Source: Acidobacteriota bacterium (GTDB lineage Bacteria > Acidobacteriota > UBA890 > WLXD01). From it: 64,000 nt of DNA. The DNA is taken from positions 1,408,001 to 1,472,000 of the forward strand of contig CBDBHB010000009.1 of the NCBI GenBank assembly GCA_965205505.1. Reading direction: 5' to 3'. Under the pieces are notes generated by a model. The model ran no database searches and was not told the origin of the DNA. It saw only the letters and a program-made list of their open reading frames with translations. Positions 31,795 to 41,376 of the stretch are shown here, one piece after another; the first letter of the stretch is position 1; every line of letters starts with the position of its first letter. The position numbers were made by a program, and so were the translations under genes.

Positions 31795-31938
31795 CTCGCC
31801 CGCTTCGAGCAGGAAGCCCGCGCTGCCGCTGCCCTGAACCACCCACACATCGCAGCCGTTCACGACGTGGGCACCGAAGACGGCACCCACTTCATGGTGC
31901 AGGAGTACCTGGAGGGAGACACGCTCCGGGAGCCGCTA
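31795..31938 (+). pseudogene. Internal fragment of lineage A kinase
   Basis: [48 protein letters not shown]. Confidence 0.88.
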
Positions 31939-31942
31939 CCTA

Positions 31943-32202
31943 TCGCACCAACCAGGTCGTCAACGCGAGCGACAGATGCGCAGATTCAAGTCCGTGGCTC
32001 ACGCGCAGCGGTTTCTGTCCGTGCACGCGGCGGTCCGGAATCTCTTCAACCTGAGCCGACGCCGACTACAATCCGCGAACTACCGGGCGCTTCGGACTCG
32101 TGCCTTTGGGACCTGGAGCGAGGTGGTCAGCGCCTGAGGCAAGCTAGCTCTAGGCCGCAGCTCGCCCGGAGCCGAGCCGGGCGCCCTTAACTTGACAGTA
32201 CC
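31943..32202 (+). mobile_element. IS6-family remnant (transposase C-terminus and right inverted repeat)
   Basis: [33 protein letters not shown] (stop at 32137); terminal AACTTGACAGTACC at 32189-32202. Confidence 0.8.
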
Positions 32203-32279
32203 CTCGAGACGGTGGGCGACCGTCTTGATAGGCTGTTTGCGGAATCGGGGCGCTCGGGGCCAATAGCGAGGGGTGCTTC

Positions 32280-33401
32280 ATGCCTACGAATGGGAAGGTC
32301 AACGTCGCGGTTATCGGGCTCGGCTTCGGGGCCGAGTTCATCCCCATTTACCAGGCGCACCCGGCGGTGAACATGTACGCGGTCTGTCGTCGCGACGAGG
32401 CCGAGCTCAACAAGATCGGCGACGCGTTCGACGTCGAGCGGCGCTTCACGTCCTTTGACGAGCTGCTGGGTGATGCAGCGATCGACTTCGTGCACATCAA
32501 CTCGCCAATTCAGGACCACGCGCGCATGTCGGTCGAGGCGTTGCGGGCCGGCAAGCACGTCATGTGCACCGTACCCATGGCGACCACCATCGCCGAGTGT
32601 GAGCAAATCGTTCGACTGGTCGAGCAGACCGGGCTCAAGTACATGATGGCCGAGACGGTTGTCTACAGCCGCGAGTTCCTGTTCATCAAGCAGATGTACG
32701 AGGCCGGTGAGCTCGGCGCCATCCAGTACATGCAGGCGTCGCATCCCCAGGACATGGAGGGCTGGCCGGAGTACTGGGAGCGCATGATCCCGATGCACTA
32801 CGCCACCCATGTGGTCTCACCCGTTCTCGGTCTGGTCGAAGGCAGCGCCGAGTACGTGTCTTGCTTCGGCTCGGGCGCCATTGGGCCGCGACTTGCCGAG
32901 AAGTCCGGCAACCGGTTCGCCGTGGAGTCGTGCCACATCAAGATCAAGGATTTCGATGTTGCTGGTCATATCTGGAGGTGCCTGTTCGATACGGCACGGC
33001 AATATCGCGAGTCGTTCGACGTCTACGGTTCCAAGAAGTCGTTCGAGTGGGCCCTGGTCGAGGGGGAGTCGCACGTCCTGCACACCGCCAAGCGCCCCGA
33101 GTCCGAGATCGCCGATCACGTCGAGGTTCCCGACTTCGCACACCTGCTGCCGGAAGAGATTCAAGGCTTCACGTCGGCGATCCAAGACGCCGAGCACCTG
33201 TCGTTCATCCAGGGTGCCGGTCACGGGGGGTCACACCCGCACCTAGTGCACGAGTTCGTTTCGGCGTTGATCGACGACCGCGACCCTTGGCCCAACGCGG
33301 TCATCAGCGCCAATTGGACCTGCGTCGGCATTTGTGCCCACGAGTCGGCCAACGACGGCGGTGCGGTTGTCCGCCTGCCGGGTTTCACCCTGGCTACCTG
33401 A
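32280..33401 (+). CDS. Gfo/Idh/MocA family oxidoreductase
   Basis: VAVIGLGFG, AGKHVMCTVPMA, GHGGSHPHL. Confidence 0.88.
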   Translation: MPTNGKVNVAVIGLGFGAEFIPIYQAHPAVNMYAVCRRDEAELNKIGDAFDVERRFTSFDELLGDAAIDFVHINSPIQDHARMSVEALRAGKHVMCTVPMATTIAECEQIVRLVEQTGLKYMMAETVVYSREFLFIKQMYEAGELGAIQYMQASHPQDMEGWPEYWERMIPMHYATHVVSPVLGLVEGSAEYVSCFGSGAIGPRLAEKSGNRFAVESCHIKIKDFDVAGHIWRCLFDTARQYRESFDVYGSKKSFEWALVEGESHVLHTAKRPESEIADHVEVPDFAHLLPEEIQGFTSAIQDAEHLSFIQGAGHGGSHPHLVHEFVSALIDDRDPWPNAVISANWTCVGICAHESANDGGAVVRLPGFTLAT

Positions 33402-33484
33402 CGGTGGTGACGGCGTACCGGCATCGCGGCTGGGCAGCGGTCGCAGCGCGTTGAACACATTCGACGAGACAGCGAGAGCGAGCC

Positions 33485-33754
33485 GTGGTTTACATGATCA
33501 TCGAGAGCTTCCGCGACGGCGACGCCGCGCCAGTCTATCGGCGTTTGCGTGAGCAGGGACGCGGTTTTCCCGACGGGCTGACCTATGTGGCGAGCTGGGT
33601 CAGCGCAGACTTGAAGCGTTGCTTCCAGATCATGGAGTGCGACGACCGTGCTCTGCTCGACGAGTGGATGTCGCGATGGGTCGACCTCGTGGACTTCGAG
33701 ATCGTGCCGGTGTTGGCGTCCTCGGAGGCCGCCGCCGCGATCGCCCCCGCGTAG
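33485..33754 (+). CDS. DUF3303-like small protein
   Basis: YMIIESF..GR..PDGL.YV.SWV..RCFQ.MEC..W...W.DLVDFE.VPV. Confidence 0.75.
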   Translation: MVYMIIESFRDGDAAPVYRRLREQGRGFPDGLTYVASWVSADLKRCFQIMECDDRALLDEWMSRWVDLVDFEIVPVLASSEAAAAIAPA

Positions 33755-33858
33755 GGCCCGAGCCGGGAAGTACCTTCCGCACCGGGGTTGAAATGACGGC
33801 TATCATTCGAGCGCATATGGCTCCCGGACGTATCACCCTCACCGAAAAGGATCATTCG

Positions 33859-36800
33859 ATGGGCAAGCGCATCTCCATAACGAGTCTCGCTCTGCTGGTG
33901 ATTGCAGCATCTTTCGACGGTTCGAGCGCGCGCGCTCAGTCGGATACACAGGACGGCGTGGCAGAGGCTGTCGCCGGGCTGAAGCTTCGGGGCATCGGGC
34001 CGGCGCTCATGGGAGGTCGCATCGCCGACATCGCCGTTCACCCGAACGACCGCAGTACCTGGTACGTGGCGGTGGGGTCAGGGGGCCTGTGGAAGACGAC
34101 CAACGCCGGTATCACTTGGGAGCCGATCTTCGACGATCAGCGGTCCTACTCCATCGGCGTTGTAACCCTCGACCCCGGCAACCCCGAGGTCGTTTGGGTA
34201 GGCACCGGCGAGAACGTCAGCGGACGCCACGTCGGCTGGGGGGATGGCGTTTACCGCAGTCGGGACGGCGGCGACTCGTGGCAGCGGATGGGTCTGGAGG
34301 CCTCTGAGCACATCGGCAAGATCCTCGTCGACCCGAGGAACAGTGACGTCGTGTTGGTGGCGGCCGAGGGGCCGCTATGGTCCGTAGGAGGTGAGCGCGG
34401 CGTCTACAAGACAACCGATGGCGGCGAGACCTGGACCGCGGTGCTCGAAATCGACGAGCACACCGGCGTGACCGACCTCGAGTACGACCCCTCGAACCCC
34501 GACGTTGTCTACGCGGCGGCATATCAGCGGCGCCGGCATGTCTGGGCGTTCCTCGGGGGTGGCCCGAGCTCCGGGATCTACAAGTCGACCGACGCCGGCA
34601 ATAGCTGGAGGCTGCTCACCGAAGGACTTCCTTCAGGAGACGTGGGCAAGATCGGCCTCGCGGTGACCCCGGCCGATCCCGGCCTCCTGTACGCCACCAT
34701 CGAGGCCGACGATGAGGAACGCGGCTTTTATCGGTCGAGGGACAAGGGCGAGAGCTGGGAGCGTCGCAGCTCGTACATCTCGGGCGGAACCGGCCCCCAC
34801 TACTACCAGGAGATCGAAGCGTCGCCTCAGGATCCCACGCTGGTGTACCAGATGGACGTATTCGTCCAGGTGACGCGGGATGCCGGGGCCAACTTCGACT
34901 ATCTCGGCACGGGACGTGAAAAACACAGCGACAACCACGCGCTGTGGATCGATCCCGACGACGGCGGTCACCTGATCGCCGGGACCGATGCCGGCCTCTA
35001 CGAGACTTTCGACGAGGGATTGACCTGGCGGCACTTTCCAAACCTGCCCGTATCGCAGTTTTACAAGGTCGCATTGAGCAACTCGGAGCCGTTTTACGAC
35101 ATTCTCGGCGGCGCCCAAGACTTGGGCACCTTGCACGGACCGTCGCGAACCCAGAACGCCGAGGGCGTGCGGAATCGCGATTGGTACGTTCCCATGGGAG
35201 CCGACGGCTACGGCGTCGCCATCGATCCGGAAGATGCCGGCACCCTCTATTTGATGACTCAAGAGGGCAACCTGTCGCGCACCGACCGTCGAAGCGACGA
35301 GTCGCTCGGCATCCGGCCGTTGCCGGGTCCTGGGGAGTTGCCCGAGCGTTGGAACTGGGACTCGCCGATTCTCATCAGCCCTCACAACCCGCAGCGGCTC
35401 TACTTCGGTTCGCAACGGCTCTGGAGGAGCGACGACCGCGGCGACTCGTGGGCGGCCGTCAGCGGCGATCTGACGCGCGACAGAGATCGCTACGAGTTGG
35501 AGCTGATGGGTCGCGTATGGAGCGTCGACTCGCTCTACGACAACGGCGCGATGTCGAAGTACGCCACCCTGACCGCCGTATCGGAATCCCCCGTCGCCGA
35601 AGGCGTGCTGTACGTCGGCAGCGACGACGGTCTGGTTCAGGTGAGTGATGACGGCGGCGGGGGCTGGCGCCTCGCGGGAGCTCTCCCTCAGGTTCCGGAG
35701 CTTTCGTTCATCAACGATGTCGAGGCCTCGCAGCACGATGCCGACGTCGTCTTCGCAGTCGCGGACGCGCACAAGACGGGCGATTACAGTCCCTATGTAT
35801 TCGCCAGCGCCGATCGCGGACGTAGCTGGGAGTCGATCGTCGGCGACTTACCCGCCGAGACGATCGTCTGGGCAATTCAGCAGGATCACGTCGTTCCTGA
35901 TCTGCTGTTTGTCGCTACCGAGTACGGCATCTACGTCAGCATGAACGGTGGCGACAATTGGACGATGCTAAGCGGCGGCGTTCCGACGATCCCGTTCCGG
36001 GATCTCAAGCTGCATCGGCGTGACGATGACCTGGTAGGCGCGAGCTTCGGTAGGGGCGTCTACGTCCTCGACGACTACTCGCCGCTCCGCGAGATCGCGG
36101 CGGGTGCATTGGACGGCGACAGCCAGGTGTTTCCGGTGCGCGATGCCTGGTGGTACGTGCCTTCGGTTCCCGGTCAGGCTCGTGGGCGGCCCACCCAGGG
36201 CAGCACTGCGTACACGGCCCCGAATCCGCCCTTCGGCGCCACCTTCACCTACTTCCTCACCGATGCGCCGGTCACCGCGCGGGAGTTGCGCAGGGCAACC
36301 GAGCGAGAGCGGCGCGAGGTTGGGGAAGACGTTCCGTTCCCGGGCTACGAGACCCTGCGCCTCGAGGCAGCGGAGAGCGATCCGATGGTGCTGTTGGTTG
36401 TTCGAGACGCACTGGGGGAAGCAGTGCGGTGGGTAGAAGGGACGGCGAAGCCGGGGATGCACCGGGTGACCTGGGACTTGCGTCGCCCGCCTCCGGATCC
36501 GATCGAGCTGAGCACCCCGGGGTTCACCCCGCCGTGGGCAAGGCCGCCGCAGGGCCCGTTGGCACCGCCCGGTCAATACAGCGTGAAATTGCTGGTCATC
36601 TCGGCCGACGGCGCGCAGTTGCTGGGGTCGGCGCAACAGTTCGATGTCCGTGCGGTGCCTACCGTGGCGCCGGGCACCGATCTAGCTGTCGTGGCCGAGT
36701 TCCAGCACCAGGCGAGTGACCTCATGCGACGGATCGCGGCAGCCGGCGCCGAAATGCGGCGAGCGCGCGAGCGGCTGCGTCACATGCGCGCGGCGCTGGT

Positions 36801-37149
36801 CGAGACTCCGCGGGCCGACCCGGCGCTGTTCGGCAGGATGGACGAGCTGGTGGCGAGCCTCGACGACCTACAGGTGCGCCTCTCGGGCGACCCGGCTCGT
36901 CAGCGGCTCAGCCAGTCGATGTCCCCATCGATTCGCGGACGTGTTGGACAGGTCATCGGCGGGCACTGGCCGACGCGTCAAGCGCCGACGGCGACGCAGC
37001 GAAGCAGCCTCGAGCTCGCCAGCGAAGGCTTCGAGATGCTCAGTGGCGAGCTCTCGGAGCTGATCGAAGTCGATCTGGCCCGCCTGGAAGCCGATCTCGC
37101 CGCTGCCGGCGCCCCGTGGACTCCTGGACGTCGGCTGTCGACGCAGTAG
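33859..37149 (+). CDS. Secreted BNR/VPS10-type beta-propeller protein (putative glycosyl hydrolase)
   Basis: Signal peptide; LRGIGPALMGGRIADI; many S.D.G.TW Asp-box repeats; coiled C-terminus. Confidence 0.85.
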   Translation: MGKRISITSLALLVIAASFDGSSARAQSDTQDGVAEAVAGLKLRGIGPALMGGRIADIAVHPNDRSTWYVAVGSGGLWKTTNAGITWEPIFDDQRSYSIGVVTLDPGNPEVVWVGTGENVSGRHVGWGDGVYRSRDGGDSWQRMGLEASEHIGKILVDPRNSDVVLVAAEGPLWSVGGERGVYKTTDGGETWTAVLEIDEHTGVTDLEYDPSNPDVVYAAAYQRRRHVWAFLGGGPSSGIYKSTDAGNSWRLLTEGLPSGDVGKIGLAVTPADPGLLYATIEADDEERGFYRSRDKGESWERRSSYISGGTGPHYYQEIEASPQDPTLVYQMDVFVQVTRDAGANFDYLGTGREKHSDNHALWIDPDDGGHLIAGTDAGLYETFDEGLTWRHFPNLPVSQFYKVALSNSEPFYDILGGAQDLGTLHGPSRTQNAEGVRNRDWYVPMGADGYGVAIDPEDAGTLYLMTQEGNLSRTDRRSDESLGIRPLPGPGELPERWNWDSPILISPHNPQRLYFGSQRLWRSDDRGDSWAAVSGDLTRDRDRYELELMGRVWSVDSLYDNGAMSKYATLTAVSESPVAEGVLYVGSDDGLVQVSDDGGGGWRLAGALPQVPELSFINDVEASQHDADVVFAVADAHKTGDYSPYVFASADRGRSWESIVGDLPAETIVWAIQQDHVVPDLLFVATEYGIYVSMNGGDNWTMLSGGVPTIPFRDLKLHRRDDDLVGASFGRGVYVLDDYSPLREIAAGALDGDSQVFPVRDAWWYVPSVPGQARGRPTQGSTAYTAPNPPFGATFTYFLTDAPVTARELRRATERERREVGEDVPFPGYETLRLEAAESDPMVLLVVRDALGEAVRWVEGTAKPGMHRVTWDLRRPPPDPIELSTPGFTPPWARPPQGPLAPPGQYSVKLLVISADGAQLLGSAQQFDVRAVPTVAPGTDLAVVAEFQHQASDLMRRIAAAGAEMRRARERLRHMRAALVETPRADPALFGRMDELVASLDDLQVRLSGDPARQRLSQSMSPSIRGRVGQVIGGHWPTRQAPTATQRSSLELASEGFEMLSGELSELIEVDLARLEADLAAAGAPWTPGRRLSTQ

Positions 37150-37163
37150 AGGGTTCGCGGGGC

Positions 37164-38446
37164 TCAGCGTCGGTCGTTTGTGGTCAACGGGCTCAGATAC
37201 TGACGCCCGTCGAGGCCCTTCTTGTTCATAGCGATGCCGGTGAGGCATTCCTGCACGATTCGATCGGAGTTGAGCGTAGTCGTGTAGCCGGGATCGATGA
37301 GCGGAGCCAGCTCGACGAGATCGAAGCCGACGAGATTGTTCTCGGCGCACAGCCCCGGATGAGCGGAAAGACCTCGCGTGTCGTCAGGCCTCCGGGCTCG
37401 GGTGTGCCCGTCCCCGGAGTAAAGGCAGGATCGAGCACGTCGATATCGAATGAGATGTAGAGGAACTCGGGGCCGTCGTTGGCTTCGTCGAGCACGCGCT
37501 GCATCACCGGCCCCCAGCCATCACGTTCGATTTCCACCATCGGGTGGTAGCGCATGCGCTGCTCGCGCATCCACTCGAAGCCGGCTTCTCCGGGCCAGTA
37601 GCCACGCAGGCCCACCTGGATGTAGTTGCTGCCGAGAATGTGGCCGTCCTCGATGAGGCGACGAATGGGCCTGCCGTGGGCGATCATGTGACCGGAGCGG
37701 TTGATTCCGGCGTCGTAGTGCGCATCAAAGTGAATGACGCCGACGTTCTCCTTGCCGTACACGTCGGTGATCCCGGCGACGTTGGGATACTCGAGCGAGT
37801 GGTCGCCGCCGATGATGATCGGGATGGCGCCGGTTTCGGCGATCTCGCGCACCATGCGGCGCACCGGCGGCATGCTGCGCTCTGTGCTCATGTTGTCGAT
37901 CGGCGCGTCGCCGTAGTCCACGGCGACGAGCTCAGCGGTCCACGACACCCCCACGTGCATGTGCGGCAAGCCCCACGCGAGGCTTTGCGAGCGCAGCTCG
38001 CGCGGGCCGAACTTGGCGCCGCGCATGCCGCTCCCCATGTCGAGCGGCGCTCCCATGATCGCCACCTCGACGTTGCCTGCGGTCAGGTCCTCCGGAGTCA
38101 GAGCAACCGGCAGCCCGAAGAAGCTGTGAATTGCCGGGTACTGAAAGCGTCCTATGTGGAAGGGGCCCGGCTCGCGCGCCGGGTCCTCGGAAGTGTCGCG
38201 CAGGTCGCTCCACAGGTCGAGGTTCTCGGCGTCGGGGTCGAGCCGGATGATCGCTAGCTCGGGATCCACTTCGGGCTCGGTCTGTTCCTCGCCGTCCGCG
38301 GCTGCACCGTCGGTCGGCGCAGCGCCCGGCTCTGCAGCGGTGCCGGCGGGTTCGGAGGCTTCGGGCTCCGCAGGCGGTTGCGATGTGCAGGCAACCGAGA
38401 AAACCAGGAACAACAGAATCGCGCTCGCCCGAGCGACTAGCCTCAC
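37164..38446 (-). CDS. Agmatinase/ureohydrolase family lipoprotein; 1-nt frameshift in a G run at about 37355
   Basis: GGDHS, DAHYD, SFDIDVLDPAFTPGTGTPEPGG; lipobox SVAC; GGAGG RBS before GTG; true C-terminus ..YLSPLTTNDRR*. Confidence 0.85.
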
Positions 38447-38548
38447 GGCCTTGCCTCCGTCTCGAGTTCGAGATCGTATTGCGGACGGGGTGAGTTTCCG
38501 GGAGCGGGTAGGGTAGCCGATTGGCGCGCCGTTCGACATGATGGCCTG

Positions 38549-38710
38549 CTAGCGCTGGTCGTTCGTGGTGAGCGGGCTCAGGAATCCGCGCCCATCCATC
38601 CCCTTCTTGTGCATGGCGATGCCGGTGAGACACTCCCGGACGATCCGGTCCGAGTTGAGCCCGGTGATGTAGCCCGGGTCGACTAGCGGGTTGAACTCCA
38701 CGAGGTCAGG
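38549..38710 (-). pseudogene. C-terminal tail of a second agmatinase paralog
   Basis: DLVEFNPLVDPGYITGLNSDRIVRECLTGIAMHKKG..LSPLTTNDQR*, homologous to the end of the adjacent gene. Confidence 0.85.
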
Positions 38711-38835
38711 AAACTTCTTCATCGGAACCCTCAGAATTGGCTTCATTCAAGAGTGGTTGCTACCCTGCCATCGGTAGGGCTCGAGCACGACCCGCTCGAG
38801 TGTCGCAGGCGAAACTGGAGCCCGGAGAGCAGGGG

Positions 38836-40344
38836 ATGAGCGAGTTGCGGTGGACGGGCGGATCCGGCGGAGGGAACGTACGCAGAGAGCCCCAGGGGAA
38901 CCGGGTCTGCGTGTTGCCCTTGCTGCTGGGCGCCTGCCTGTACGGCTGCGGCGCACCCTCCGGTAGCGTGCAGGCGCTGCACCAACAGGTCGACGAGCTA
39001 TTCGTCGAGTGGGATCGTCCTGATTCGCCTGGTGCCGTGGTCGGCGTGTTCCAGGCTGGAGAGGTCGTCTACGCGCAGGGCTACGGCGTGGCGAACCTGG
39101 ATCATGGGGTCCCGCTGACGCCGAGGTCGGTGTTGCGGATCGGCTCCATCTCCAAGCAGTTCGTGGTGATGGGGATCGCCTTGCTCGCCCAGGAGCAGAG
39201 ACTGTCGCTCGACGACGACATCCGCACCCATCTTCCGGAGATGCCGACCTACGGCAAGCCGATCACGATTCGCCACTTGCTACACCACACCAGCGGCATC
39301 CGCGAGTACCTGGTGCTGGTAGGGTTGATCGGTCAGGCGGAGGGAGGTGTGTACGGCTATACGTCCCGCGACCTCCTCGGGCTCCTGTCTCGGCAGGCAG
39401 CGCTCAATTTCGAACCCGGTGAGCGCTTCTCGTACAGCAACTCCGGCTACTTTCTGCTCGCTCAGATCATCGAGTGGGTCTCCGGCATGAAGACAAGCGC
39501 GTTCGCCAAGGAGCGCATCTTCGACCCGCTGGGAATGTCCAGCACTCGCTTCTATGACGATCCCAGGGCGATCGTGCCGGACCTGGCGTATGGCTACTCG
39601 CGCGGCGACGATGGCGACTATGAGCTAGACATACTGCGCTCCGACGTCATCGGTGACCTCGGGGTTGTCACCGCGGTCGAGGACTTCTTCCGCTGGGACG
39701 CGAACTTCTACGACAACAAGCTGGGCGACGGAGGTCCGGGGCTCATCGAGACGATGCAGCGGCGGGGGCGGACCGCCGATGGCGATGAGCTCTCCTATGC
39801 CTCGGGCTTGGAGTGGGACTCGTATCCGGGGCTTACCACCGTTGGTCATAGTGGCTCAGCCGTAGGGTATGTGGCGGACTTCGTGCAGTTTCCCGAGGAG
39901 CGGTTCTCGGTGGTCGTAATGTCGAACTTCAGTGGGTTTCGACCCGGGCGGCTGGCTCAGAGAATCGCTGATCTCTACCTCGCCGATCGTCTTGGCGAGG
40001 AGCCGCCAGGGGACAGCGCGTCCCGGCCGGATTCCGAGGAGCTGCCGCGTGCGACACTCTCGGCGCTGCAGCTGGAGCAGTTCGCGGGTTACTTCTATCG
40101 CGAGGAGCTCGATTTCGTCTACTCGCTCGACGTGCACAGCGGCGACCTCGAGCTCGAGGTCAGGGGACAGAAGACTCGGCTCATCCCTGAGTCCGCGGAT
40201 CGATTCAGGGGAGACCGCATGGTGCTGGAGTTCGAGAGAGACGGCCGGGGTGCGATCTCCAGCCTCTCGGTGCATGCTGGCGGAGTACGTAACATTCGCT
40301 TCGAGCGCGTCGAAGGGCGACGGCCGCGAGCAATACGACCGTAG
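38836..40344 (+). CDS. Serine hydrolase, beta-lactamase/AmpC-like family, putative lipoprotein
   Basis: SISK, LLHHTSG, YSN, HSG; LYGC lipobox. Confidence 0.88.
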   Translation: MSELRWTGGSGGGNVRREPQGNRVCVLPLLLGACLYGCGAPSGSVQALHQQVDELFVEWDRPDSPGAVVGVFQAGEVVYAQGYGVANLDHGVPLTPRSVLRIGSISKQFVVMGIALLAQEQRLSLDDDIRTHLPEMPTYGKPITIRHLLHHTSGIREYLVLVGLIGQAEGGVYGYTSRDLLGLLSRQAALNFEPGERFSYSNSGYFLLAQIIEWVSGMKTSAFAKERIFDPLGMSSTRFYDDPRAIVPDLAYGYSRGDDGDYELDILRSDVIGDLGVVTAVEDFFRWDANFYDNKLGDGGPGLIETMQRRGRTADGDELSYASGLEWDSYPGLTTVGHSGSAVGYVADFVQFPEERFSVVVMSNFSGFRPGRLAQRIADLYLADRLGEEPPGDSASRPDSEELPRATLSALQLEQFAGYFYREELDFVYSLDVHSGDLELEVRGQKTRLIPESADRFRGDRMVLEFERDGRGAISSLSVHAGGVRNIRFERVEGRRPRAIRP

Positions 40345-40407
40345 GGGGGTAGTAGGGAGTTCGGATATTTCTCCAGATGCGGGTGGGCGCCGGACGGCTC
40401 AGCGGCG

Positions 40408-40929
40408 TTGACTCGAGGGAGTCGAAGAATGCGGAAAACGACGTCATGTGGGTTGGCCTCGATGGCGATCGGCACCCTGATCACTGGCCACGCTCGGCGC
40501 CGAAGGCGGGTCCACGCGGCCGCGGGACTCCTCGGCCGTGCAATGGTTGCCGCCCTGATCGCCGGGATACCAGCGATCGGTATCGCCGCGCAGCAGGTGG
40601 GCGTGTTCTACCCCGACATCCCCGGCGAGCTGTTGCTCGAGAACGAGTACGTTGTCGTGCAGAGGTACATCATCGAGCCGGGGCAGTGGGAGGGCATCCA
40701 CTCCCATGCGGGCAACCAGGTCTACGTGCACATCAAAGGAGGCAACTGGGCCGGCCGCCTCGGTGGCCGCGAGGTTTACAGGCAGACGGAGCCTTCGAAG
40801 GATGGCTCCGTCGGATGGCTGGACGCCATCGACCTGTCCGAAGGGCACAATTCCGGCAACGTCGGGGACACAACGATGGAGCTTGTCTATGTGACCCTCA
40901 AAGCGTGTCGCCCGTTGACGGCGCCATGA
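40408..40929 (+). CDS. Single-unit cupin, paralog of the tandem cupin at 20 kb (true start probably downstream)
   Basis: FYPDIPGELLLEN..EPGQWEGIHSH.GNQ..HNSGN.G. Confidence 0.75.
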   Translation: MTRGSRRMRKTTSCGLASMAIGTLITGHARRRRRVHAAAGLLGRAMVAALIAGIPAIGIAAQQVGVFYPDIPGELLLENEYVVVQRYIIEPGQWEGIHSHAGNQVYVHIKGGNWAGRLGGREVYRQTEPSKDGSVGWLDAIDLSEGHNSGNVGDTTMELVYVTLKACRPLTAP

Positions 40930-40932
40930 CTC

Positions 40933-41361
40933 GTGCTTAGCCGCGAGCGATTATCTATCGTCGTCCTGTTGCTGCGCCTCTACCTGGGCGTGGCGTTGTT
41001 CCTGCCACTCGGCATCGGCAAGCTCGCCGGATTCCCGGGCTCCTCGGCAGGGTTGATGGAGGGGTATCGAGAGACGATTCTCGGTGCGTGGCCCTCGCTA
41101 CCGTTCCTGTACTTGTTCTCCTACGCGCTGCCGTTTCTCGAGACCCTGGGCGGCCTGGCGCTGGTAGCCGGATGGCGGACGCGGCAGGTCTTTCTGGGGT
41201 TGGCGTGCCTGCTGATACTGCTCGGTTTCGGCACCACGCTGGATGGCCGCATCGCGACGACCGCCAACAACCTGATCTTCCTGGCGGGGTGTCTCGTCGG
41301 ATATGCGCTCGCCGACGACGATCGCTATGGCGTGAGCGGCTGGCGCCGGAATGAACCCTGA
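40933..41361 (+). CDS. DoxX-family membrane protein
   Basis: LLLRLYLG..G.GK..LPFLE..G.AL.AG..TR; four hydrophobic segments. Confidence 0.75.
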   Translation: MLSRERLSIVVLLLRLYLGVALFLPLGIGKLAGFPGSSAGLMEGYRETILGAWPSLPFLYLFSYALPFLETLGGLALVAGWRTRQVFLGLACLLILLGFGTTLDGRIATTANNLIFLAGCLVGYALADDDRYGVSGWRRNEP

Positions 41362-41376
41362 CGCCGAGGCGGCCTG

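Noticed and set aside
353-31938. CRISPR array or diversity-generating retroelement as the explanation for the repeats
   Set aside because: Repeats are irregularly spaced coding fragments; no cas or reverse transcriptase gene; differences are not visibly adenine-specific.
32192-32235. Hybrid promoter from the IS6 TTGACA driving the Gfo/Idh/MocA gene
   Set aside because: No -10 at 16-18 nt; the nearest TAGGCT is over 30 nt away.
38836-40344. Antibiotic-resistance beta-lactamase
   Set aside because: SxxK/YxN fold is shared with peptidases and esterases; nothing indicates resistance function.
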